Assembly: GCA_040387495.1 (NCBI GenBank)
Contig: JAZKDQ010000014.1
Location: 9,752-73,751, forward strand
DNA: 64,000 nt
Origin: Pseudomonadota bacterium
GTDB taxonomy: Bacteria > Pseudomonadota > Alphaproteobacteria > Paracaedibacterales > CAIOTO01
Direction: 5' to 3'
Shown here: positions 21,431-31,583 of the stretch, in pieces
Numbering within the stretch: position 1 is the first letter of the stretch
Layout of the letters: each line of letters opens with the position of its first letter
Position numbers and translations under genes: made by a program
Notes under the pieces: model-generated
Database searches by the model: none
Seen by the model: the letters and a program-made list of their open reading frames with translations, nothing else
Told to the model about the DNA's origin: nothing

Positions 21431-22867
21431 CTAGTTTTCCTTCGCCGTCTCATCCTCAATCTTAGCGACACGCAAAATATTCGTCCCGCCTGCTTCGCCA
21501 AATGGCACGCCGGCCGTCACAATGATATTTTGTCCTGGCTCGGCGAATTGTTCAATACGTGCCCAACGGCATGCTGTTTCAACCATCTGAGAGAAACTAT
21601 ACATATCCTCGACCACCACAGCATGCACACCCCACACGAGCGTTAGAAAACGCGAAGTTCCTTGGTTAGGTGTTAATGCAACGATCGGCGATGCTGGGCG
21701 CTGACGTGCCACACGAAGACTTGTCATGCCACTTTCTGAAAAAGTAACAATCGATGCAACTTCAATGGTGCATGATACTTGCCGCGCGGCTTCTGCAATG
21801 GAATCGGTCACTGTATCAGGTGCGGTTGTATGCGATTCATCTAAAAATTTACGATGCAATGGATCTTGCTCTGTTCGGTGAATGATTCGATTCATCATAG
21901 AAACAGCCTCAACAGGATAGTGCCCTGATGCGGACTCGCCCGACAACATAACGGCATCAACACCATCATACACGGCTGTTGCAACATCAGAAGCCTCGGC
22001 CCGGGTAGGTGTTGGCGCAGTAATCATTGATTCCAACATTTGCGTCGCCACAATAACGGGCTTACCAGCCGACCTGCAGCCACGAATGATTTGACGTTGA
22101 ATTGACGGCACATCTTCAGGCAACATTTCAACACCTAAGTCACCACGCGCAACCATCACGCCATCAGACAAGGCGATGATTTGATCTAAATTGGTAAGCG
22201 CCATTGGCTTTTCAAGTTTTGTTAAAATTTTGGCACGTTTTCCAATGATCTGCTTTGCCTCTAATATATCTTCTGGTCGTTGCACAAAGGAAAGCGCAAT
22301 AAAATCAACACCAAGGCTTAGCGCAAATTCTAAATCAACATGGTCTTTTGCCGTGAATGCTGAAATTGGCAACATTACACCAGGTACGTTAACGCCTTTT
22401 CGATTTGACAGATCACCGCCAGTCACGACTTCGGTTATCGCATGATCCTTTTGAAAGGACAGAACCTTTAATTCTAATTTTCCATCATCTAAAAGCAGCG
22501 CGGTGCCAACTTTAAGGGCATTAAAAATCTCCGGATGCGGCAGATTAACGCGTACAAAGTCACCAGGAGTCGTATCCAAATCAAGACGAAAGCTTTGTCC
22601 TGGCTTAAGATTAACCTTACCATCCGCAAATACACCAACACGTAATTTTGGTCCTTGAAGGTCGGCAATTATGCCAATTGGTCGATTTCGCTTGCGTTCA
22701 ATTTCGCGAATAATACGGAGTTTTTCTTCATGGTCTTTGTGAACGCCATGCGAAAAATTCAAACGAAAAATATCAGCACCTGCTAAAAAGAGGGCTTCAA
22801 TCTGCTCTGCCGTGCTTGAGGAAGGACCAAGAGTTGCGATGATTTTGGCATTACGATTGCGACGCAT
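21431..22867 (-). CDS. pyk: Pyruvate kinase
   Basis: KIIATLGPSS, RLNFSHG, MVARGDLGVE, ATQMLESM. Confidence 0.98.
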   Translation of the reverse strand: MRRNRNAKIIATLGPSSSTAEQIEALFLAGADIFRLNFSHGVHKDHEEKLRIIREIERKRNRPIGIIADLQGPKLRVGVFADGKVNLKPGQSFRLDLDTTPGDFVRVNLPHPEIFNALKVGTALLLDDGKLELKVLSFQKDHAITEVVTGGDLSNRKGVNVPGVMLPISAFTAKDHVDLEFALSLGVDFIALSFVQRPEDILEAKQIIGKRAKILTKLEKPMALTNLDQIIALSDGVMVARGDLGVEMLPEDVPSIQRQIIRGCRSAGKPVIVATQMLESMITAPTPTRAEASDVATAVYDGVDAVMLSGESASGHYPVEAVSMMNRIIHRTEQDPLHRKFLDESHTTAPDTVTDSIAEAARQVSCTIEVASIVTFSESGMTSLRVARQRPASPIVALTPNQGTSRFLTLVWGVHAVVVEDMYSFSQMVETACRWARIEQFAEPGQNIIVTAGVPFGEAGGTNILRVAKIEDETAKEN

Positions 22868-22992
22868 GAAGAGATACCTTAAGTTTATGGCTCGTTATTA
22901 AGTGTATAGAAAACGGGATAAGGTGCAATAGGGAAAAGTGAAGATTTCTATCAATTTTTAACCATTTAAATTTGCATGATATTTTCCTAAGC

Positions 22993-23008
22993 TTAACGAA
23001 TTGTTAAC
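22993..23008 (+). promoter_or_regulatory. CtrA-box match
   Basis: TTAA-cgaattg-TTAAC (TTAA-N7-TTAAC) between pyk and the 23162 ORF. Confidence 0.5.
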
Positions 23009-23161
23009 ACTTTCGGCCTATAGAAAAGAGAATAGATTCAGCAGGAAAAGCAGTCGGGTGTAGGTTACATAAAAAATTAGAGTAATTATAAAACTTTACT
23101 TGAAAATAATAGAATAATAAGTTATCATTAAAATCTAAAATAATAAAAGAAAGATGATTAT

Positions 23162-23548
23162 ATGAAAATTAATCTAAAATACTTAATATTACCTGTGTTG
23201 GTTCCATTGTCGTTGAGTGCTGGTGATTTAGATGGATACGAGACGGATAACGAGGGAGCATCTAAATACAAGGGTACGTATGTTAGAGCGAATAATATTG
23301 GTGATAACGAAAAATTAGAAATAGCTCAAAAGATTCCTAAGTTTACCTCTGAATCTGCTCGGGCATTTTTATGCGCTGGTAATCCTAATGTCCCTGGTAA
23401 TCCTAATGTCCCTAGTGCGTTAAAATATTTATTAGATAATGGGAATGAGGAAGATCATGATTTTGCCGTAAAATATATTTCAAAAGAAAAATCGAAGGAG
23501 CTTGAAAATACAAAACGGTACAATGATAAGACACGAAGTCATCTGTAA
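23162..23548 (+). CDS. Small secreted hypothetical protein
   Basis: Signal peptide ending SLSA; 18-bp tandem duplication at 23378-23413 (GNPNVP x2). Confidence 0.65.
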   Translation: MKINLKYLILPVLVPLSLSAGDLDGYETDNEGASKYKGTYVRANNIGDNEKLEIAQKIPKFTSESARAFLCAGNPNVPGNPNVPSALKYLLDNGNEEDHDFAVKYISKEKSKELENTKRYNDKTRSHL

Positions 23549-23715
23549 AACCCCGCGGTTCTATCTTCGGTCTCCCAGCGATACCGAGGCTATGCCGTGC
23601 TGAGTCGTCAAGAATTTAGGTGAACAAGTGGCTCGAGGACCTGGCTGCTTGATGTGAGTTTCTTATAGCGATTCGAGTTTAAATTAATTATAAAATTGAT
23701 ATAATATCTTCCTCT

Positions 23716-23795
23716 AGTTTCCCTCCGGCTTGACCGGAGGGTCTTAAGTACTGGGAATGCTTAAAGATGGATCATCTGGTCACGCCAGATGAAAA
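23716..23795. repeat. Bipartite palindromic element (family X)
   Basis: tttccctccggcttgaccggagggtc ... gatcatctggtcacgccagatgaaaa. Confidence 0.7.
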
Positions 23796-23894
23796 ATAAA
23801 AAAATTAGCGTACATTTCCTGAACTCTTTGACGTTAGACTTTTAATGTTGATAAATTTCAACGTTCATAACTCTAAGTCCACTTTTAGTGGGAA

Positions 23895-24317
23895 TTAATC
23901 CAAATTTCTTCCATGTGCATTAACAGGCACTGGCGCCCATTTTATCTTTAATCTTTTGATTGTATCGACTATTTCTGTTATTGTTTTTTCATCAACTTGG
24001 TCCCTTTTTACAAATGGAGGCGTCCCTATAGCAGCAGTTAATTCTCTTGATAATGATACTGGTTGGGCAGACTCGTGCTTTTGTGCTACATGTGCTTGCG
24101 TTTCAATTGCTGGTTCTACATGATTTATTGCATGATTTATTGCATTTGTTGGTATCGCATGGTTTGTTGCCTTTCGGCAGCCACAACACTCAAAAATATT
24201 CCAGAAACTCCATGATGATTCTTCTGTTGAGGCAGCCTGAATGTTGCAACTAACTACCATGGAAAATAATATGAAGAAATGTATTCGCGTGCATTTTTTT
24301 AACCGTGACACAGACAT
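23895..24317 (-). CDS. Small secreted hypothetical protein
   Basis: Hydrophobic N-terminus ending IQAA; NHAI micro-repeats. Confidence 0.55.
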   Translation of the reverse strand: MSVSRLKKCTRIHFFILFSMVVSCNIQAASTEESSWSFWNIFECCGCRKATNHAIPTNAINHAINHVEPAIETQAHVAQKHESAQPVSLSRELTAAIGTPPFVKRDQVDEKTITEIVDTIKRLKIKWAPVPVNAHGRNLD

Positions 24318-24427
24318 TCCTTCAAGAAATATTCATATCTTATTATGCAATATTATATATTAAAACTCCATTAATTTGAGCTGATTAGAATTGATTGAAT
24401 TGTGAAAATGCACGCCACCTACTTGTC

Positions 24428-24502
24428 AGTTTTCTTATGGCACGCCCTAGGACTTATTCGATAAGTGAAGCATGGATCCTCGGGTTGTGCCCAAGGAAAA
24501 CT
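24428..24502. repeat. Bipartite palindromic element (family X, degenerate)
   Basis: agttttctta...; ggatcctcgggttgtgcccaaggaaaact. Confidence 0.55.
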
Positions 24503-24538
24503 AAAATGTGGTAGCGATGGAATCGTAGTAAGTTAGTA

Positions 24539-25432
24539 TCACGCAATTCCATCAGGCATAATATACGTCGGCAATGCTTGATACTGCTCGAATAGCTCAG
24601 GCAACATCGCTTGTGTCATACCTGCATGCACGCCAGAAAGCGTAAGCACGCAATCGATTCCATATAAATTTGACCCGCGAATATCTGTTGCTAATGAATC
24701 ACCCAGCATTAACACGCGTGACAATGGTACATCTTCGTGACGTTTTGCATTCGCCAATGCATGTGCCGCTTTGAATAAACCTGTGTTTGGCTTACCGTGT
24801 GTGTATATATTGGTCGCACCCATGCCGCGATAAACATCCGTAATAGTGCCCGCACAAATAACCAACTGATCACCCACTTGAACAAGCTTATCCGCATTGG
24901 CGCAGATAGCTGGCAAATTACGATTAAACGCACGTGTTAGGCGTTCTTTGTATGCATCTGCATTTTTTTCCCAACCATCTGTGCCTGTTATGATCATAAA
25001 ATCAGCATCGTCCACGTTCTCTACTTGTGTATACGGCAGGCCTTCAAATACGGTACGGTCGCGCTCTGGCCCGATATGATACAGCTTATTGCCAAGGTCC
25101 TGGTAAAACGCATTTGACCGATCACGCAAGGCCGCGTAGCATTCAAGACCTGATGTCATCACATCATCAAACATCGCGTCATCAATGCCCATCGCACTTA
25201 AGCGCTCGCGCGTAACTTCAGGCAAACGCGGAGCATTCGATAAAATAACCAATGTTTTACCCATAGCTTTCAGTGCTTCATATGCAGCAATCGCCTTTGA
25301 GAATGGTTTTACGCCGTTATGCGTCACGCCCCATACATCAATCAAAATGACGTCGTATTGGTCAGCGATGGATGCTAATGATGGAATTTCATTTAAATGA
25401 CGAGTGATTGATTGTTTTAATTCTACAGGCAT
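24539..25432 (-). CDS. HAD-superfamily subfamily IIA hydrolase
   Basis: IDVWGV, LSNAPR, HGKP, MLGDSLATDI. Confidence 0.92.
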   Translation of the reverse strand: MPVELKQSITRHLNEIPSLASIADQYDVILIDVWGVTHNGVKPFSKAIAAYEALKAMGKTLVILSNAPRLPEVTRERLSAMGIDDAMFDDVMTSGLECYAALRDRSNAFYQDLGNKLYHIGPERDRTVFEGLPYTQVENVDDADFMIITGTDGWEKNADAYKERLTRAFNRNLPAICANADKLVQVGDQLVICAGTITDVYRGMGATNIYTHGKPNTGLFKAAHALANAKRHEDVPLSRVLMLGDSLATDIRGSNLYGIDCVLTLSGVHAGMTQAMLPELFEQYQALPTYIMPDGIA

Positions 25433-25483
25433 TTGGTTTCCTAACGTTGGGACGGTTTTTAAGGTGGTAATGCAAATTATAAC

Positions 25484-26608
25484 TTACAAAGTATTTACTT
25501 TCGTCGCATAACCATTCAGTAGCTCCACCAAGTAACCAAAAACCTTGCTTGGTGTCAATTCCTGTTCAACCACGTGCCGTGTGCGCATGGCCATTTCTTT
25601 CATTTCAATATCATGCGTTTTAGCGCCAATTAGCACGGTATCAAGATTGCTCAAATCACGTGCGACTGTTAAATAGTGTACATTCGGTTTAAACAAATCG
25701 TAAAACCACTGCTCATTTTTTGAATCTTGCTTGATATTAACGCAACCAGAACCCATGCGCCAAATATAGCCAGGGAACGTTGCCGTTACACCATCTAACG
25801 TGATTTGATACTTATAGGGCAAATGTTCACGTATTGAGGCAAAGGGCACAGGTTCGCCGCATAACTCTTTCACTTGTGTTATTTGGGCGGCATCCGTTGA
25901 TAAAATTTTTGTCAACCGAGCATCGTAACGATCAGGAAATTGCTTTGTTAGTTTTACTAAACTAACACGGGGTGAATTCAAACGAATTTCGGTTATATCA
26001 ACACTGTCTGTTGTCTTTCCGCGCCAAAAGAGTTTATTTTCTTTTTTCTCCCACGGGTGTGATTTTAGGCCTTTTTCAAGCGTCTTATACATTTCACACC
26101 AAAATTTTAACGTGAACGAATCAACGATCAAAAGCTGAATCGTGCTTGGCTTGCTCGCCATATCTTTAGCGAAAACAAACAGCGGAACATGCGCAACTTC
26201 AGGCGGTAATGCGATGCTATCGGGTTTATCACTAAGTACAACAAGAAAGTCATTATTGGTTAAACGCTTTTGCTGGGCAAGCTTTGTTACGACGTAATTC
26301 ATAACTTTAAACTGTGTCGTCTTTTTTACATTTTTTTCTGGAATATGAACTGTTGCTTTGCCATTTCTAATCGCAAAATAAATAATATTTTTGTTAGCTG
26401 AGTGTGCACTTAAATAACCATATGCCTTTTTCACATCAAGTACTGTTATGGGCTTTGTGAGGGTTGCAAGTTGTTGTTGTACTTTTCCTTTTGCCCAAGG
26501 TGTAACCTCAATCGTCTTTGGCATGGTGTAGCGGTTAGCGTCATAATACCAATAACTGCCGCCAACAAGGCTGGCGATTAAAACGAATAATGTTATTTTT
26601 GCTTTCAT
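25484..26608 (-). CDS. Glycosyltransferase family 90 (CAP10/KDELC-like), membrane-anchored
   Basis: LFWRGKTT, HLPYKYQITLDG, EQWFYDLFKPNVHY motifs. The start is moved to MKAKITLF because the upstream extension lies in a repeat. Confidence 0.85.
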   Translation of the reverse strand: MKAKITLFVLIASLVGGSYWYYDANRYTMPKTIEVTPWAKGKVQQQLATLTKPITVLDVKKAYGYLSAHSANKNIIYFAIRNGKATVHIPEKNVKKTTQFKVMNYVVTKLAQQKRLTNNDFLVVLSDKPDSIALPPEVAHVPLFVFAKDMASKPSTIQLLIVDSFTLKFWCEMYKTLEKGLKSHPWEKKENKLFWRGKTTDSVDITEIRLNSPRVSLVKLTKQFPDRYDARLTKILSTDAAQITQVKELCGEPVPFASIREHLPYKYQITLDGVTATFPGYIWRMGSGCVNIKQDSKNEQWFYDLFKPNVHYLTVARDLSNLDTVLIGAKTHDIEMKEMAMRTRHVVEQELTPSKVFGYLVELLNGYATKVNTL

Positions 26609-26624
26609 ACACTTTTCCTGTTTA

Positions 26625-26780
26625 CTATCTTTTGGGCTCCCGGCTACGCCCAAGGCTACGGCCGTGGCCAGGTGACCCGAAGATCTATAAAGTTCATGAG
26701 GCAAACTCTTAATAACATTATATACAAAATATATGCAGCTTCAACTGTAGAGATCCTCGGGCCATGCCCTAGGATAACAA
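26625..26780. repeat. Family X palindromic element with nested approximately 34-bp hairpin insert
   Basis: tatcttttgggct[cccggctacgcccaaggctacggccgtggccagg]tgacccgaagatcta ... gatcctcgggccatgccctaggataac. Confidence 0.65.
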
Positions 26781-26812
26781 AAAGAGAGGAATAAAAATGG
26801 TAACTAATCCCC

Positions 26813-28054
26813 CTACACAACTTCTAACACAAGATGTTTTTTCTTCCCCGATGAAATTTTCGAACGTCCGTTAGCGTTAAAATCGGCAGTCGCTAGCACA
26901 GCCTTGATATCACTTACAACTTGATCATTCACCCGAACAGCGCCGCCTTGAATCAGACGTTTTGCTTCACCTTTGCTGGCGCTTAGGTTATAACGCACAA
27001 ACAGATCATCGATCATCATTGGCAAATCAGTTGCTGCAATAGGCTCGGCCGGTAGTGTTGAAATGTCACCATGTGCAGCTTCGAACAACTGTTTGGCCTT
27101 TTCATGAATCGCTGATAGCTCATGAGCTCCGTGTGCAAGGGTTGTCGCTTCATCTGCCAAAATTTTCTTAGCTTCATTCAATTCCGCATCTTTAAGCACT
27201 TCTAGTTTTTCAATTTCAGACAGTGGTAATTCCGTAAAGATACGCAAGAAACGCCCAACATCAGCATCTCCAGCATTTCGCCAGAATTGCCAGAAATCAT
27301 ACGGACTCAGCATATCACCGTTGAGCCAAACCGCACCGCCTTCAGTTTTGCCCATTTTCGCACCACTTGCCGTTGTCAGCAGAGGGGCGGTCAGACCATA
27401 AACGGTTTTATTGGCAGCACGGCGCGTCAGCTCAACACCATTAATAATGTTACCCCATTGATCAGAACCCGCCATTTGAAGCATGCAATTATTTGTTTTG
27501 CTAAGATGGAGGAAGTCAAATGCCTGCATAATCATGTAATTGAATTCAAGTAGGTTCAGCGGTTGTTCACGTTCAAGTCTGGTGCGCACACTATCAAGGG
27601 TGAGCATACGATTAACTGAAAAATGCGGCCCATGATCGCGCAAGAATTCAATATAATTAAGCTTTGACAGCCAATCGTTGTTGTTCACCACAATGGCATC
27701 TGTTGGGCTGAAATTGATATAACGTTCAAACACACGCGCAAGGCTTGTGATATTTTCATTCACTGTTTCAACGGTCAGCAGTGGGCGCTGTGTGTCTTTT
27801 CCGGTTGGATCACCAATCAAACTAGTCGCGCCGCCCATCAACACAATTGGTTTGTGACCATGCTTTTGCAGCAAACGAAGCCACATAATTGGCATCAAAT
27901 GTCCCACATGAAGGCTAGGGCCGGTGGGGTCAAATCCTGTATATGCCGTAATCGTACCAGCGCTGAGCGCTGCATCAAGCCCGTCAAGGTCAGTGCATTG
28001 GTGGATAAAACCACGAGCTTTTGATTCGTTTAGAAAATCAGATTTGAATGACAT
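26813..28054 (-). CDS. tyrS: Tyrosine--tRNA ligase
   Basis: GFDPTGPSLHVGH, GSDQWGNI, KMGKT, C-terminal S4 domain. Confidence 0.99.
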   Translation of the reverse strand: MSFKSDFLNESKARGFIHQCTDLDGLDAALSAGTITAYTGFDPTGPSLHVGHLMPIMWLRLLQKHGHKPIVLMGGATSLIGDPTGKDTQRPLLTVETVNENITSLARVFERYINFSPTDAIVVNNNDWLSKLNYIEFLRDHGPHFSVNRMLTLDSVRTRLEREQPLNLLEFNYMIMQAFDFLHLSKTNNCMLQMAGSDQWGNIINGVELTRRAANKTVYGLTAPLLTTASGAKMGKTEGGAVWLNGDMLSPYDFWQFWRNAGDADVGRFLRIFTELPLSEIEKLEVLKDAELNEAKKILADEATTLAHGAHELSAIHEKAKQLFEAAHGDISTLPAEPIAATDLPMMIDDLFVRYNLSASKGEAKRLIQGGAVRVNDQVVSDIKAVLATADFNANGRSKISSGKKKHLVLEVV

Positions 28055-28278
28055 AAGTGCTTTCTTTTGACTTTTTTATGGCGATATTATTCATTTTTAT
28101 CATAAACGTGCATTAAATTCAGCAAGATTCGAATAAAGGATTCGTGAATGATTTTTAAGTCATTGTGGATTAGATTCAAATAAACATTTTTTAAAAAAAA
28201 TAAACTTGCAAAATACAAATTTGATGCATATATCTATATATGTACACATAAGAATAGTTTACTATAAAGGGATATCTA

Positions 28279-29394
28279 ATGAAAATATTATCAAAAGGCC
28301 TAACAACTCGTTTTTTCCTGGCAGCAGCACTAAGCACATCATTTGCCAGTTTTTCCTACGGGATGATACCTAACTTGGCTCTGCCTTCTGAAACAGGTGA
28401 TTTACGTGTTTCCAGCAGTGAAGTAGTGCTTGATGAACCAAAACTACCTCACGAAATACTCGCTAAATACAATATGAGTAACGTAGAAACAGCTGATGCA
28501 GCGTGTCAAAAAGTAGCGGCATACTTTCTTCAAAGAAGAGAAAGTCTAGCCAATGAAATTGCTGGTTTAAAAATTGCTGGCTTGAGCATAAGTGAGCTTG
28601 AAAAAAATTATGAGGATGCACTTAATAGTGTTAACTCACTGTTAAATCTAGAGTCTGATGAAATTAGGTCTGGTGAAATTAGAATAACTGAAAATTTTAA
28701 ATTAAAAGAAGGAGTGGATCTGCCAGAAGATCACTCTATCTTTGAAACGCAATGTGAAGAAGGAAGAATAAAGAAAAGGTTGTTTGATTTTGCTTGTTCC
28801 GAAAAAGAAAGTCTTGAGGAACAGGCAATTGAGGCCAATAAAATGTATCTGTTTTTTGGCAGAGCAATTGATCCCCTTAATGCTCTTTTGACGTTAAAAG
28901 ATTTAATAATAACAAAGGAAATGCAGATGCCTGATGATTCTGAGAATAGGCGTCATGGTTATTATTGTGATTACCATTGCCTCAAAGAGGCGCCTGCTTT
29001 AGCTTTCATGGCACGTGTGAGAATAGATAAAAATACTGGAAGAAATATAATATTTTTGGATACTAGTCCTAAAAAAAATATTTTCAAATGGGTTCCAAAA
29101 TATGAAGAAATTAATGCATTCTTAGAGGATATCACTAACACTATCAATAACCCAGGCCTGGAAATTAATAAATGGTTTGAAGATTTTCCATCTATTTCAG
29201 AAAAAGTTCTGATAAATTTAAGGATAAAACAGTCAGAATCAACAAATCTTAGAAAATTCGGCACCATTGAAGCGGCTATGAATGCAAGTGAAGAGCAAGT
29301 GATATGGAAGAAGGCACAAGAAGCCATAGATAGTTTTAAAGAGTTTGCAAACGAAACTATGGACTATTTAAAGAAAAATTCTAGAATTAGTTAA
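28279..29394 (+). CDS. Secreted hypothetical protein
   Basis: 371-aa ORF with RBS and signal peptide ending SYG/M; TTGCAA promoter-like element upstream. Confidence 0.75.
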   Translation: MKILSKGLTTRFFLAAALSTSFASFSYGMIPNLALPSETGDLRVSSSEVVLDEPKLPHEILAKYNMSNVETADAACQKVAAYFLQRRESLANEIAGLKIAGLSISELEKNYEDALNSVNSLLNLESDEIRSGEIRITENFKLKEGVDLPEDHSIFETQCEEGRIKKRLFDFACSEKESLEEQAIEANKMYLFFGRAIDPLNALLTLKDLIITKEMQMPDDSENRRHGYYCDYHCLKEAPALAFMARVRIDKNTGRNIIFLDTSPKKNIFKWVPKYEEINAFLEDITNTINNPGLEINKWFEDFPSISEKVLINLRIKQSESTNLRKFGTIEAAMNASEEQVIWKKAQEAIDSFKEFANETMDYLKKNSRIS

Positions 29395-29425
29395 TTGTGT
29401 AGTTGCTCTACTTTTATTTTTTTGT

Positions 29426-29495
29426 GTATTGCCCGGGCGTGACCCGGGCATCTTATTTAAAAAGGCAGATAACTGGGTCACGTCAGGTGAATACA
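29426..29495. repeat. Bipartite palindromic element (family X)
   Basis: gtattgcccgggcgtgacccgggcatc ... gataactgggtcacgtcaggtgaatac. Confidence 0.65.
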
Positions 29496-29557
29496 CATGA
29501 AAATAAAAAATACTGGCGTGAATATATGCGGATATTAGAAATCCGAAAATAACAAAA

Positions 29558-30910
29558 ATGAAGCCGCAGGAAGAAACAGAAAAAATGATTGAGCAGTATA
29601 AATTGATTAAAAATCTTTTTTCCTTTGAAACCTTTTTTGTTCTATTTTTGTTTTCGTCGCAATTCAAAGATGCTTATCCTTTTTTTCTGATCCCCCATAT
29701 TACCCTTTTATTAACCGCCATTTTGATTCCATGGTTTATCATCCTTTACCGCAAAAACGTCAACGCTAAATTTTTAACCGTTGAAACAATGTCATTTCTA
29801 TTATTTAGTATATGGTGCTTGATTAGCGCATGTTGGGTGGAACGTACTACGTATTCAATCAGCAAAGCGTTATGTTTTGGGGTATACACAGTTCCAGCCT
29901 TTTTTATGGCGTATTCTATTATTGGTGCCAATCAGGAAAGACTAAAACGATTCTTGTATGCTATAGGGATTCTTTCTTTTTGGGTGCATCTAGAGGCCTA
30001 TAAAGAATGTGTCTTGTCTCACTGGCAATGGGTAGATGTACTTGGCAGTAATTATTTGGTTACCGGGCAAACCTTAGGTTTTGGGCTTATTTTGCTTAGC
30101 CTTGTTTCTTTTTTTGTCATGAAAACGCTTGAAAAAGATGATAGCGACGAAAAGATAGCGTTGAAACACTGCATCTTATTTTGGTCGTTGATGTTCTTGT
30201 GTGGAAGTTATGCGTACATCCAACTTCATTTAGGCGGACGAGGCCCTGTAATAGGCGTCATACTAACGGCCCTCTATTTTTATATCTATGGAGTTTATAA
30301 GGGGGAGTCTAAGTTGTGTGCTAAGCATTTTCTGCATATTAGTTTATGCTGTATCTCAATTTATTTTTTCTTTGATTGGATTTTTGAAGCACACACGTGC
30401 CATTTTTTATCGCGCATGACTAAAATGATCGTTCCCAACGAAATATCACCTCATACATTTGAGGTGGATGAATCATTAGGCCTTCGGCTTGAATATTATG
30501 AATCAGCACTTTCAGCATTTCTAAAGCATCCACTGTTGGGGCTAGGTCTAGGGGGATGGGCACAATTTCATGATACGCTTTATCACTACATGCCAGAGGC
30601 GCATGACTTACGGGAAGTCTTTTGGCGGCATCCACATAATATCGGCCTTGAAGTGCTCGCCGAAACCGGCATAATTGGCGGCATGCTTGGGATATGGTCT
30701 GGAATTCTTATTTTTAGAAAGATTCTCTTTAAACAGCTCACCCGTTCTTTTTTAGATGCAGCGCCTATTTTGTTGCTTGCTTTTAGCTTTTTTAATGCCC
30801 TCAAATCTGGAGACTTAAACGATAACATCTTGTTCTTTGTTATGGCAGGCATTAGTGCTGGAAAAAGAAAACATGGATCTCCGCTCAAACCTAGGGATAA
30901 CGCAGGTTAG
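29558..30910 (+). CDS. O-antigen ligase/polymerase (Wzy_C/WaaL) family membrane protein
   Basis: About 12 TMs, GGRG, HPLLGLGLGG, HPHNIGLEVLAETGIIG. Confidence 0.88.
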   Translation: MKPQEETEKMIEQYKLIKNLFSFETFFVLFLFSSQFKDAYPFFLIPHITLLLTAILIPWFIILYRKNVNAKFLTVETMSFLLFSIWCLISACWVERTTYSISKALCFGVYTVPAFFMAYSIIGANQERLKRFLYAIGILSFWVHLEAYKECVLSHWQWVDVLGSNYLVTGQTLGFGLILLSLVSFFVMKTLEKDDSDEKIALKHCILFWSLMFLCGSYAYIQLHLGGRGPVIGVILTALYFYIYGVYKGESKLCAKHFLHISLCCISIYFFFDWIFEAHTCHFLSRMTKMIVPNEISPHTFEVDESLGLRLEYYESALSAFLKHPLLGLGLGGWAQFHDTLYHYMPEAHDLREVFWRHPHNIGLEVLAETGIIGGMLGIWSGILIFRKILFKQLTRSFLDAAPILLLAFSFFNALKSGDLNDNILFFVMAGISAGKRKHGSPLKPRDNAG

Positions 30911-30917
30911 AAGATGT

Positions 30918-31430
30918 CTAATCCTCGTACATTTTCATACGCTTAACTTTGTTGATAAACATTTGACGTTTCAGCGATGACAGATAATCGATATACAGCT
31001 TACCATCCAAATGATCAATTTCATGCTGAATGCACGTTGCCAAAATATCGTCTGATTCAATATGCTGCAACGTACCATTTTCATCTAAATAGTGCATCTT
31101 AATGGCTTTTGGGCGCGATACTTCGGCACGCAATTCTGGTACAGAAAGACACCCTTCATTACACACGCTTAGTTCATCTGATCGCCAAGTAATCTCTGGG
31201 TTGATCATTTTAAAAATACTCGTCCCAGGGCTGCTATCTGAGACATCAATCACAACAAGGCGCATATCAATACCAACTTGCGGTGCAGCAAGGCCGGCAC
31301 CATCTTCAGCGTACATTGTTTCGATCATATCATCGAAAATTGCGCGAATTTTATCGTCCACAACAGAAACAGACTTCGCTTTGATACGGAGTCTTGAATC
31401 TGGAACGGTGAGTACGTTTAGTAAAGCCAT
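30918..31430 (-). CDS. def: Peptide deformylase
   Basis: GLAAPQVG, EGCLS, QHEIDHLDG. Confidence 0.98.
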   Translation of the reverse strand: MALLNVLTVPDSRLRIKAKSVSVVDDKIRAIFDDMIETMYAEDGAGLAAPQVGIDMRLVVIDVSDSSPGTSIFKMINPEITWRSDELSVCNEGCLSVPELRAEVSRPKAIKMHYLDENGTLQHIESDDILATCIQHEIDHLDGKLYIDYLSSLKRQMFINKVKRMKMYED

Positions 31431-31461
31431 TTTGGTGTTCTCTTAGTTTTTCTGTTTTGTC

Positions 31462-31570
31462 TTCATCACAGCCTGCCAGGCCGTAGCTTTAGCGAAGGAT
31501 GGAGGAGCCGGTAGCGACGTGGTAATCCAGTTGTTCTAGATGGCCACATCCTTCGGATTCGCCATGACGG
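31462..31570. repeat. RPE-like palindromic element (family Y) with nested hairpin insert
   Basis: tcatcaca[gcctgccaggccgtagctttagcgaaggatg]gaggagc..cgacgtggtaatcc...gatggccac...tcgccatgacgg. Confidence 0.65.
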
Positions 31571-31583
31571 TAGTGGAGAAAGC

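Noticed and set aside
26609-26704. N-terminal extensions given by the ORF track for the GT90 gene (also amgK, murU, the 45743 and 48848 ORFs)
   Set aside because: The extensions run through repeats, promoters or the upstream gene. Downstream ATGs give proper signal peptides or translational coupling.
21338-31570. Palindromic repeats as a CRISPR array or integron attC sites
   Set aside because: They are dispersed, degenerate and irregularly spaced. No cas or intI gene is present, and I see no consistent RYYYAAC/GTTRRRY ends.
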